A DNA stretch of 32,000 nucleotides from Ruminococcus albus 7 = DSM 20455. Lineage in GTDB: Bacteria; Bacillota; Clostridia; Oscillospirales; Ruminococcaceae. Position numbers and translations under genes: made by a program. Below are positions 25,425 through 32,000 of the stretch, piece after piece (position 1 is the stretch's first letter; each line of letters starts with the position of its first letter). Under the pieces are notes generated by a model. The model was not told the DNA's origin, did not search any database, and worked only from the letters and a program-made list of their open reading frames with translations. The DNA is taken from contig NC_014825.1 in the NCBI RefSeq assembly GCF_000179635.2, positions 60,001 to 92,000 of the forward strand. The letters run 5' to 3'.

Positions 25425-25593
25425 TAGTAAAAGAGTTGGTAAAGCTTCAGGGAAATTAATCACTTATGTAGACATTCCAACAAATTGGGGCGGCCGTCTC
25501 CTCCTTCGGCTGTAAACTAAACTACCTGATCCATTCAAATTACCACGAAATGACAGCGCTGTCGATTTTATCCCGATAGCGCTGTTGTTTTTT
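25425..25593 (+). ncRNA. Candidate small RNA (~170 nt) bounded by its own promoter and terminator.
   Basis: The transcript is predicted from the promoter at 25390-25418 to the terminator at 25553-25593. An internal hairpin GCGGCCG-UCUCCUCCUU-CGGCUGU (about 25485-25512) exposes an anti-SD-like loop. Only trivially short ORFs occur in frame after the TSS. Confidence 0.35.
25553..25593 (+). terminator. Plus-strand rho-independent terminator.
   Basis: A 12-bp stem ACAGCGCTGTCG/CGATAGCGCTGT (one G.U on plus-strand RNA), a 9-nt loop, then TGTTTTTT. Confidence 0.7.
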
Positions 25594-25604
25594 ATATCAC
25601 CCGC

Positions 25605-25640
25605 ACAAAAAACAGCCGCCCTATTTTTCAGGACGGCTGT
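25605..25640 (-). terminator. Rho-independent terminator of the glpA-like operon.
   Basis: Minus-strand RNA forms ACAGCCGUCCU-N7-AGGGCGGCUGU (11 bp, one G.U) followed by UUUUUUGUG. Confidence 0.75.
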
Positions 25641-25654
25641 TATACGTTTATTAT

Positions 25655-26005
25655 CTATCGTACAGATCTTGTAACTGTTACACGCGAACCTGTACCAAGC
25701 AGGTCATCTATTATCACCTGTCCCACACTTACAGGGAGATGTACCTCCGCTGCCTTAATAGCAGCCGTACATTCAAATATCATATCTTTCGGTATCGGTT
25801 CAGCCGTTTTTACAGGAACCGGTCTGCCCTCTGCAGATATAACCGTAGTCGTAACAGTGCGGGCAGGATGAGCTATCTCACTCTCTGCATATATCTCTCC
25901 CCTCTTGCAGTTATTTCCGCTGACAGATATAACTTTATCGCCCTCAACTTCAACAGTAAGTTCACAGCCCATGGGACAGTTTATACAGGTAAGTATCCTG
26001 GTCAT
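25655..26005 (-). CDS. DUF1667 domain-containing protein.
   Basis: N-terminus LTCINCPMGCELTVE. It has the conserved partner position downstream of the two flavoprotein genes. Confidence 0.88.
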   Translation of the reverse strand: MTRILTCINCPMGCELTVEVEGDKVISVSGNNCKRGEIYAESEIAHPARTVTTTVISAEGRPVPVKTAEPIPKDMIFECTAAIKAAEVHLPVSVGQVIIDDLLGTGSRVTVTRSVR

Positions 26006-26008
26006 GGC

Positions 26009-27274
26009 TCACACCTCCTCTATAGCCGCCGTGATGTCACAGTTGACACCCTCCAGCTTTTCTTTTTTTATTATGATATCCAGCATCTCACTAGGCACCA
26101 GTATACGGCTTTTACGGCGGATAAGTTCCTCATCCCCGGCTTTTATAACTATCGAACGATCCTTGAATACTCCGGTCACCCTGAATCTTATATGGACATC
26201 ACCAAGCAGTTCCGAAGTGTGTATCTCCGCAGGTACTGTATATCTCACGCCGTTCTGTGGTATCACCTTTACAGCGGCTGTGCTGTCCGCAGTACAGCCG
26301 CGCTTTACAAATGCCGCCGCACTTGCTCCTGCCCTTGCGGATTCTTCGGAAACAAAGTCCACCAGGTCATGAACGTGCAGCACGTTGCCGCAGGCGAATA
26401 CACCGTCGATATCAGTTTCCAGACCCTCATCCACCACAGGACCGTTAGTCCTCGGGTCAATGCCTACACCGCAATTTTTAGAAAGCTCATTTTCGGGAAT
26501 AAGTCCGCAGCTGAGAAGCAGCGTATCACATGGGTACAGTTTCTCTGTTCCCGGTATAGGCGTATTTTTACCGTCTACCTCAGCTATCACTACTCCTTCA
26601 AGCTTTTCCTTGCCCTTGATATCCACTACAGTATGACTAAGGAGCAGCGGTATACCGTAGTCCTCCAGACACTGTACTATATTTCTTTTAAGTCCGCTGG
26701 AATAAGGCATAAGCTCAGCCACTGCCGCCACATGAGCGCCTTCCAATGTCATTCTTCGTGCCATGATAAGACCGATGTCTCCCGAACCCAGGATAACAAC
26801 TTCCTTACCCGGTACATAACCCTCACAGTTCACAAGCTTCTGAGCTGTACCTGCAGTATATACACCCTGCGGTCTGAAACCCGGAATATTCAGCGCTCCG
26901 CGTGGACGCTCACGGCAGCCCATAGCAAGTATAACCGCCTTGGCACGTATCTCCTCAACACCGCGTTTACGGCTCATAACAGTAACTACCCTGTCCTTTG
27001 ATATATCAAGTACCATAGTATCTGTTTCATAGGGTATGTTCATAGCACGCACCATCTCTGCATATCTCTCGGCATATTCAGGTCCCGTCAGTTCCTCCTT
27101 GAAAGTGTGCAGACCGAATCCGTTGTGTATGCACTGATTAAGGATACCTCCCAGTTCACTGTCACGCTCGAATATAATGATATTCTCCATGCCGTTCTCT
27201 CTTGCAGAAACAGCAGCAGCCATTCCCGCAGGACCGCCGCCGACAATAACGATATCGAATTCGCGCATACTCAC
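26009..27274 (-). CDS. NAD(P)/FAD-dependent (pyridine nucleotide-disulfide type) oxidoreductase.
   Basis: Two Rossmann GxGxxG motifs (VIVGGGPAGMAAA and VVILGSGDIGLIMA). Its start overlaps the upstream gene by 4 nt. Confidence 0.88.
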   Translation of the reverse strand: MSMREFDIVIVGGGPAGMAAAVSARENGMENIIIFERDSELGGILNQCIHNGFGLHTFKEELTGPEYAERYAEMVRAMNIPYETDTMVLDISKDRVVTVMSRKRGVEEIRAKAVILAMGCRERPRGALNIPGFRPQGVYTAGTAQKLVNCEGYVPGKEVVILGSGDIGLIMARRMTLEGAHVAAVAELMPYSSGLKRNIVQCLEDYGIPLLLSHTVVDIKGKEKLEGVVIAEVDGKNTPIPGTEKLYPCDTLLLSCGLIPENELSKNCGVGIDPRTNGPVVDEGLETDIDGVFACGNVLHVHDLVDFVSEESARAGASAAAFVKRGCTADSTAAVKVIPQNGVRYTVPAEIHTSELLGDVHIRFRVTGVFKDRSIVIKAGDEELIRRKSRILVPSEMLDIIIKKEKLEGVNCDITAAIEEV

Positions 27275-28668
27275 ACACCTCCGTTCTTTCTGACATCGCC
27301 AATACTGCAGCCCAGTTTTTCGGACAGCAGTAATATGGTCTTAGGTGAGCAGAAGCCCGCCTGACAGCGTCCCATCCCGGCTCTGGTACGGCGTTTCACT
27401 CCATCAAGGGTAGTCGCCCCGAGGGGTCTGTTTATCGCATCAAGTATCTCGCCCTCTGTAACAGTCTCGCATCTGCATACCACATTACCGTACGCCGGCT
27501 CCTTTTCTATCAGGGCATTCTGTTCTTCTCTGCTGAGTGAAGCAAAGTGGACCACGCCTTTTCTCGTATCAATATGATCTGCCTTTGGTTTCAAGGCAAT
27601 ATTTTGGGATAGCATTTCTCTCAGCATCTCAGCTATGGCAGGCGCACTGGTAAGTCCCGGAGATTCTATCCCCGCAGCATTGAAGAAATTCGGTGCAGCT
27701 TCTTCTATGATGAAATCATGCGTATCACCAACAGCACGCAGACCTGTAAAGCTGGTTATCACCTGATTGAAAGGCAGCCCCTCCACAGAAAGCGCACCCT
27801 TCGCCCTGACCTCAGCTAAACCCGTTGCTGTTGTGGCAGTATTTTCCTTATCGTCGATATTTTCAGCTGTCGGACCCACAAGCAGATTACCGTGAACAGT
27901 CGGTGTTACAAGTATGCCCTTGCCCATCTTTGTGGGCAGCTGGAAGACTGTATGAGATACAGTACCTCCCACCGACTTATCCATTAGCATATACTCGCCT
28001 TTTCTCGGTGTTATGGTGAAATGCTTATCAGCTATCATATCATTAACTGCATCAGCATATACTCCCGCACAGTTGAATACAGCGCGTGTATCAAACTCCC
28101 CTTTATCGGTAATCACCCTGTATCCGCCATCAGTTTTTTCTATGCCTGTGACTATGGTGGAAAGCTTGAATTCAGCACCGTTTGCAAATGCGTTTTCAGC
28201 AAACGCAAGCGTCATCTCAAAGGGACAGACTATACCTGAGGTAGGGGCAAATAAAGCATATCTCACCTCCGCCGAAAGCCTTGGTTCACGCTCTCTCGCC
28301 TGATCTCCCGTCAGTATCTCCAATCCCTCGACTCCGTTCTTTCTGCCCTTTTCCAGAAGCTTTTCAAGATCGGGTAACTGTGCTTCATCAAAGCATAGCA
28401 CCATAGCGCCGTTCTGCCTGAAAGCAAAGTCCAGTTTATTGTACATCTCACGTATCATGGCATTTCCGCGCACGTTCAGTTCTGCTTTAAGAGTACCCGG
28501 TTCAGCATCAAATCCTGCATGGACAATTGCACTGTTCGCCTTGCTTGTACCTTCACATACGTCGCTCTCCTTATCGATAACGCAAACATCAAGATCGAAC
28601 TTTTCAAGTTCAGCCGCCGCAGCACAGCCTGTCACTCCACCGCCAATAATTATAACATCGTACATCAT
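27271..28668 (-). CDS. FAD-dependent oxidoreductase, GlpA/GlpD-like (glycerol-3-phosphate dehydrogenase family) with a BFD-like [2Fe-2S] domain.
   Basis: VIIIGGGVTGCAAAAEL (FAD), plus a C-terminal VCRCETVTEGEI...GMGRCQAGFC BFD-like motif. Confidence 0.88.
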   Translation of the reverse strand: MMYDVIIIGGGVTGCAAAAELEKFDLDVCVIDKESDVCEGTSKANSAIVHAGFDAEPGTLKAELNVRGNAMIREMYNKLDFAFRQNGAMVLCFDEAQLPDLEKLLEKGRKNGVEGLEILTGDQAREREPRLSAEVRYALFAPTSGIVCPFEMTLAFAENAFANGAEFKLSTIVTGIEKTDGGYRVITDKGEFDTRAVFNCAGVYADAVNDMIADKHFTITPRKGEYMLMDKSVGGTVSHTVFQLPTKMGKGILVTPTVHGNLLVGPTAENIDDKENTATTATGLAEVRAKGALSVEGLPFNQVITSFTGLRAVGDTHDFIIEEAAPNFFNAAGIESPGLTSAPAIAEMLREMLSQNIALKPKADHIDTRKGVVHFASLSREEQNALIEKEPAYGNVVCRCETVTEGEILDAINRPLGATTLDGVKRRTRAGMGRCQAGFCSPKTILLLSEKLGCSIGDVRKNGGV

Positions 28669-28729
28669 ATCACCTGCTTTTTATATACTTGTTAAATAAT
28701 AAACAATTTGTTATCGAATTACTGAATAA

Positions 28730-28758
28730 ATTGTAGCATATTTGCACGATTCTGTCAA
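28730..28758 (-). promoter_or_regulatory. Sigma-A promoter of the glpA-like operon (TTGACA-17-TGcTACAAT).
   Basis: Minus strand reads ccgaacTTGACAgaatcgtgcaaatatgcTACAATttatt. Confidence 0.65.
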
Positions 28759-28875
28759 GTTCGGTATACCTAATCAGATATTAATACTATTATACATTAT
28801 TATATGCACACTCTTTCAGATAAATTGAGAGTAGTTCTCAAATGTAAACAAAATGTAAAACACAGCAGATAATCG

Positions 28876-28904
28876 TTGACAAGGCAGTTTCGGTGTGATA
28901 TAAT
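28876..28904 (+). promoter_or_regulatory. Consensus sigma-A promoter of the zur-znu locus (TTGACA-17-TGaTATAAT).
   Basis: aatcgTTGACAaggcagtttcggtgtgaTATAATacaaa. Confidence 0.7.
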
Positions 28905-28948
28905 ACAAAATTGAAATTAACTCTCATTTTAATAAAGGAGGTATATAA

Positions 28949-29359
28949 GTGGCAAAGTACAACACCGTACAGCGCGGCGAATTGCTTGAATTTATGGCAA
29001 AGCACAGAACTACTGCTTTCACTGTCAAAGAGATAGCAGATATGATGCGTACTGACAGCGATATCCCAAAGCCGCCCGGAGAAAGCACTGTATACCGCCT
29101 TATAAAAGAGCTTGTCGAGAGTGGTGAAGTAAAGCGTACCGTCCGCGGCAACAGCCGTACATTCGTCTATCAGCTTACAGACGGTGAAAGCTGCCATCAC
29201 CACCTGCATATGAAATGCGTTTCCTGCGGAAAGCTTTATCATATGGACGATGAATCCTCCCGTGTCCTTGTGGAAAGGATATTGCAGGAGGACAGCTTCG
29301 AGATCGACAGCAGCGCAGTTCTGCCCGGAAAATGCGGCGGCTGCCGCGGCACGAAATGA
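28949..29359 (+). CDS. zur: Fur family transcriptional regulator, probably Zur.
   Basis: Winged-helix N-terminus, a CHHHLHMKCVSCG...CGGC metal-site pattern, and a GTG start with AAAGGAGG 8 nt upstream. The Zur call rests on adjacency to znuACB-like genes. Confidence 0.82.
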   Translation: MAKYNTVQRGELLEFMAKHRTTAFTVKEIADMMRTDSDIPKPPGESTVYRLIKELVESGEVKRTVRGNSRTFVYQLTDGESCHHHLHMKCVSCGKLYHMDDESSRVLVERILQEDSFEIDSSAVLPGKCGGCRGTK

Positions 29360-29413
29360 GGATTCAGGTACAGCCTTAAAATCAACAGACATATAACCGT
29401 CGGAGGTATCATA

Positions 29414-30400
29414 ATGTTAAAAAGAATTGCAGTGATAGGTGTCTGCGCAGCTATGCTCGGACTTACTGCCTGCGGCGGCTTCGCTTCCGCACAGAATAAG
29501 GATAACGGCAAGCTGAGCGTTGTATGCACTACCTTCAGCTGCTACGACTGGACAAGAGAGATAATGGGAGATCATGCTGATGAAGTTCAGCTCACATATC
29601 TTCTTGAAAACGGCGCCGATCTTCACAGCTACCAGCCCACAGCCGCAGATATGGTGACCATATCCGACTGCGATGTGTTCGTATACATAGGCGGTGAATC
29701 CGAAGGATGGGCAGATGATGCACTTAAAGAAGCTTCCAATAAGGATATGAAAGTACTGAAGCTCATTGATAACCATGACCTTTCCGCCAAAGAGGAGGAA
29801 GTCAAGGAGGGTATGCAGACCGATGAGGAGGAAACGGATGAGCACGAGCATTCCGAAGCCCCCGAATATGATGAGCACATCTGGCTGTCACCCAAAAACG
29901 CCAAGATACTTTGCAATAGTATAGCCGATACCCTATGCGAAGCTGACCCCGACAATTCCGATGATTACAAGGCAAACCTCGCCGCTTATGAGGATAAGCT
30001 CGATAAGCTGGATTCCGATTTTGAGCAGACAGTTTCAGAAGCAAAGATCAGGACAGTTATCTTCGGTGACAGATTTCCTTTCAGATATCTTTGCGATGAT
30101 TACGGACTTGACTACTATGCAGCTTTTGTTGGCTGCTCAGCTGAAACAGAAGCATCATTTGAAACAATAGCATTCCTTGCAGGCAAGACCGATGAACTGG
30201 GTATAGATACTATATTCACCATTGAAAATTCCGACGGCAAGGTAGCTCAGGCTATAATAAACAGCACCGAGAAAAAGGGTATGACTACCGCGGTGCTGGA
30301 TTCACTTCAGTCCGCAGACAAAACACAGATCGCGGACGGAGCAACATATATCTCCCTTATGGAGAAAAACTGTGAAACTTTAAGAACAGCACTGAGTTAA
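29414..30400 (+). CDS. znuA: Metal (zinc) ABC transporter substrate-binding lipoprotein, ZnuA/AdcA-like.
   Basis: Lipobox LGLTACGG, cluster-9 SBP motifs (DLHSYQP, DEHIWLSP), and an acidic/His-rich loop DEEETDEHEHSEAPEYDEH typical of ZnuA. Confidence 0.88.
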   Translation: MLKRIAVIGVCAAMLGLTACGGFASAQNKDNGKLSVVCTTFSCYDWTREIMGDHADEVQLTYLLENGADLHSYQPTAADMVTISDCDVFVYIGGESEGWADDALKEASNKDMKVLKLIDNHDLSAKEEEVKEGMQTDEEETDEHEHSEAPEYDEHIWLSPKNAKILCNSIADTLCEADPDNSDDYKANLAAYEDKLDKLDSDFEQTVSEAKIRTVIFGDRFPFRYLCDDYGLDYYAAFVGCSAETEASFETIAFLAGKTDELGIDTIFTIENSDGKVAQAIINSTEKKGMTTAVLDSLQSADKTQIADGATYISLMEKNCETLRTALS

Positions 30401-30421
30401 AATACTAACAGTACAAAAAAT

Positions 30422-30450
30422 GACCCTTGTCTGTAATATCGGCAAGGGTC
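30422..30450 (+). other. Intercistronic stem-loop between znuA and znuC.
   Basis: An 8-bp stem GACCCTTG/CAAGGGTC with a 13-nt loop. There is an A-tract 5' of it and no T-tract 3' of it on the plus strand. Confidence 0.45.
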
Positions 30451-30471
30451 TAATGATGACGGAGAATAATT

Positions 30472-31191
30472 ATGGGCAAGCTGATAGAATGTAAAAACTG
30501 CACACTTGGATATGAGGGCGTACCCGTGACAGAAGGCATAAACTTTACTGTCAGCAGCGGTGATTACCTCTGTATACTGGGCGAAAACGGCTCAGGCAAA
30601 AGCACACTGATAAAATCACTGCTGGGACTTAGACCCGTGATGAGCGGCAGTATAGATTGGCTTGAAGTCAAACACAGTGAGATAGGGTACCTTCCCCAGC
30701 AGACCCTTGTTCAGAGGGATTTTCCTGCTTCGGTAAAAGAGATAATCGTGTCGGGCGCTATGACTAAAGGTAAATTTCGCCCCTTCTGTACAAAAGCAGA
30801 CAAAGAACGTGCCATGAAAGCCATGGAAAGGCTTGGTATAACCGACCTGGAAAAGCACTGCTACCGCGAACTTTCAGGAGGTCAGCAGCAGAGAGTTCTT
30901 CTGGCACGCGCACTTTGTGCAGCAGATAAGGTACTTCTTCTCGATGAGCCTGTGACAGGTCTTGATCCCAAGGCGCAGAACGATCTGTATGAACTGATAG
31001 CAAAGCTAAACGCAGGTGGTATGAGTATGATAATGGTATCCCACGATATACACGCAGCCGTGAGATATGCAAGCCACATCCTGCATATCGGCAGCAAAAA
31101 ACAGCTGTTTTTCGGCACCAAGGAAGATTATGTAAACAGTAAGCTCGGACAGAGCTTTATCAATTCGGAGGAGGCAGAGCACGATGACTGA
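30472..31191 (+). CDS. znuC: Metal (zinc) ABC transporter ATP-binding protein, ZnuC-like.
   Basis: Walker A GENGSGKST, signature LSGGQQQR, Walker B LLLDEP. Confidence 0.92.
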   Translation: MGKLIECKNCTLGYEGVPVTEGINFTVSSGDYLCILGENGSGKSTLIKSLLGLRPVMSGSIDWLEVKHSEIGYLPQQTLVQRDFPASVKEIIVSGAMTKGKFRPFCTKADKERAMKAMERLGITDLEKHCYRELSGGQQQRVLLARALCAADKVLLLDEPVTGLDPKAQNDLYELIAKLNAGGMSMIMVSHDIHAAVRYASHILHIGSKKQLFFGTKEDYVNSKLGQSFINSEEAEHDD

Positions 31192-32000
31192 GATGATCGA
31201 CACCCTGCAAAAATACTTTCAGTTTGAATTTGTCAGGTACGCCCTCATCGTCGGACTGCTGATAGCGCTGTGTTCTTCATTGTTGGGCGTGACCCTTGTA
31301 CTGAAACGTTTCTCGTTCATAGGCGACGGTCTGTCCCACGTAGCATTCGGGGCTATGTCTGTTTCAACAGTATTGTCCGTGACCCTGAAACAGGCTTCCC
31401 ACGGCGAGAGTGCATTTGCCAAATTTCTGCAGGATACCAACGGCATGGTGATAATACTACCCGTGACCCTGCTGGCGGCTGTGCTGCTGCTGCGAACAGG
31501 TCAGAACACAAAGATCAAAGGCGATGCCGCAATAGCCATGATATCCGTCAGCTCCCTGGCACTGGGATATATGCTGATGAACAGATTTCCGGGCTCTGCA
31601 AATGTGACCGGGGATGTATGCTCAACGCTTTTCGGCTCAACATCCATACTCACGCTAACAGGCGGCAAGGTACTGCTCTCTGCCATACTGGCAGCCGTAG
31701 TTCTCGCTGTATTCATAATATTCTATAACCGTATATTCTCCGTCACCTTTGACGAAAGCTTCGCCAAGGCAAGCGGTGTAAGATCTGACGGCTACAATCT
31801 GCTCATAGCAGTTATAACAGCTATGATAATAGTGCTCGCGATGAACCTCGTCGGTTCGCTGCTGATATCAGCATTGATAATCTTCCCCGCGCTTTCAGCC
31901 ATGAGGCTTTTCAAAAGCTTCAAAAGCGTGGTGATATGCTCAGCCGTGATATCAGTGATATGTGCAGGAGTCGGAATCATAGTTTCCATACTTTTCTCTA
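31184..32000 (+). CDS. znuB: Metal ABC transporter permease (ABC-3 family, ZnuB-like), truncated by the window edge.
   Basis: Hand translation from ATG 31184 is open to 32000: MTEMIDTLQKYFQFEFVRYALIVGLLIALCSSLLGVTLVLKRFSFIGDGLSHVAFG... The start overlaps the znuC stop (ATGACTGA), with GGAGGAGG upstream. It is not in the ORF track because it is edge-truncated. Confidence 0.88.
   Translation, partial: MTEMIDTLQKYFQFEFVRYALIVGLLIALCSSLLGVTLVLKRFSFIGDGLSHVAFGAMSVSTVLSVTLKQASHGESAFAKFLQDTNGMVIILPVTLLAAVLLLRTGQNTKIKGDAAIAMISVSSLALGYMLMNRFPGSANVTGDVCSTLFGSTSILTLTGGKVLLSAILAAVVLAVFIIFYNRIFSVTFDESFAKASGVRSDGYNLLIAVITAMIIVLAMNLVGSLLISALIIFPALSAMRLFKSFKSVVICSAVISVICAGVGIIVSILFS

Noticed and set aside
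25378-25515. 45-codon GTG ORF (MLNPLILLICCAIIIYSKRVGK...) overlapping the sRNA candidate. It could be read as a type-I-toxin-like hydrophobic peptide.
   Set aside because: No SD precedes the GTG. The best promoter lies inside the ORF, so the 5' part would not be transcribed. The hydrophobic N-terminus is encoded by the AT-rich promoter sequence itself. I keep it as the stated alternative hypothesis for the sRNA finding.
25739-27001. 420-aa plus-strand ORF.
   Set aside because: It is antisense to the DUF1667 and FAD/NAD oxidoreductase genes. The R/Y/S/T/H-rich junk composition has no motifs.
28867-28881. AGATAAT-C-GTTGACA as a Fur/Zur 7-1-7 box.
   Set aside because: It has only about 10/14 matches, and half of it is simply the -35 hexamer. 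That is not enough to annotate it as an operator. It is mentioned only as a lead.
28838-29392. 184-aa minus-strand ORF.
   Set aside because: It is antisense to the Fur-family gene, which has an SD, a consensus promoter and Fur-family motifs. It would also span the zur promoter.
1-32000. Search for a CRISPR array, tRNA, rRNA, IS element or transposase, integrase, phage genes, toxin-antitoxin pairs, or a defence island.
   Set aside because: There are no regularly spaced direct repeats, no tRNA-like T-arm (GGTTCGAATCC-type) or rRNA segments, and no ORF with transposase, recombinase, nuclease-helicase or TA hallmarks. The only repeats are the in-gene LRR units, the shared FN3-like module and the 17-mer pair.

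Overview
This window looks like chromosomal DNA from a Gram-positive anaerobe. A fibrolytic Clostridia / Ruminococcus-like organism is my inference from gene content, SD sequences and the xylanase architecture. Coding density is high and 26 of 30 genes are on the minus strand.

Gene order from left to right:
- A monofunctional Ni-CODH (cooS) with an unusual His-rich N-terminus, plus a translationally coupled small ORF.
- A NitT/TauT-type ABC importer.
- Two secreted or surface proteins of unknown function: a BspA/DUF285-LRR multidomain protein and an acidic lipoprotein.
- tig-clpP-clpX, a metallophosphoesterase, a DUF1540 Cys-rich miniprotein, and thrC.
- The conserved rplS / lepB-lepB-ylqF(rbgA)-rnhB-yraN cluster.
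- The TIGR03960/TIGR03936 radical-SAM pair.
- A large GH11-CBM22-GH10 xylanase, followed upstream by about 900 bp of AT-rich non-coding DNA.
- A GlpA-like / FAD-NAD oxidoreductase / DUF1667 operon.
- A zur-znuACB-like zinc uptake locus, truncated at the right edge.

I found no rRNA, tRNA, CRISPR array, transposase, integrase, phage genes or recognisable defence system.

Most transcription units have readable sigma-A promoters (TTGACA-17-TGnTATAAT type) and rho-independent terminators.

The observations most worth follow-up are:
1. An orphan promoter-to-terminator unit with no credible ORF. It is a candidate sRNA with a CUCCUCCUU anti-SD-like loop.
2. An ~85-aa FN3-like module shared at 71% identity between the xylanase C-terminus and the LRR protein.
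3. The His-rich tail fused to CooS, with an 11-bp perfect inverted repeat bracketing its promoter.
4. A signal peptidase paralog with a long acidic N-terminal extension.

None of these amounts to a demonstrable multi-gene novel system. The window is mostly core genome with a few accessory surface and carbohydrate genes.
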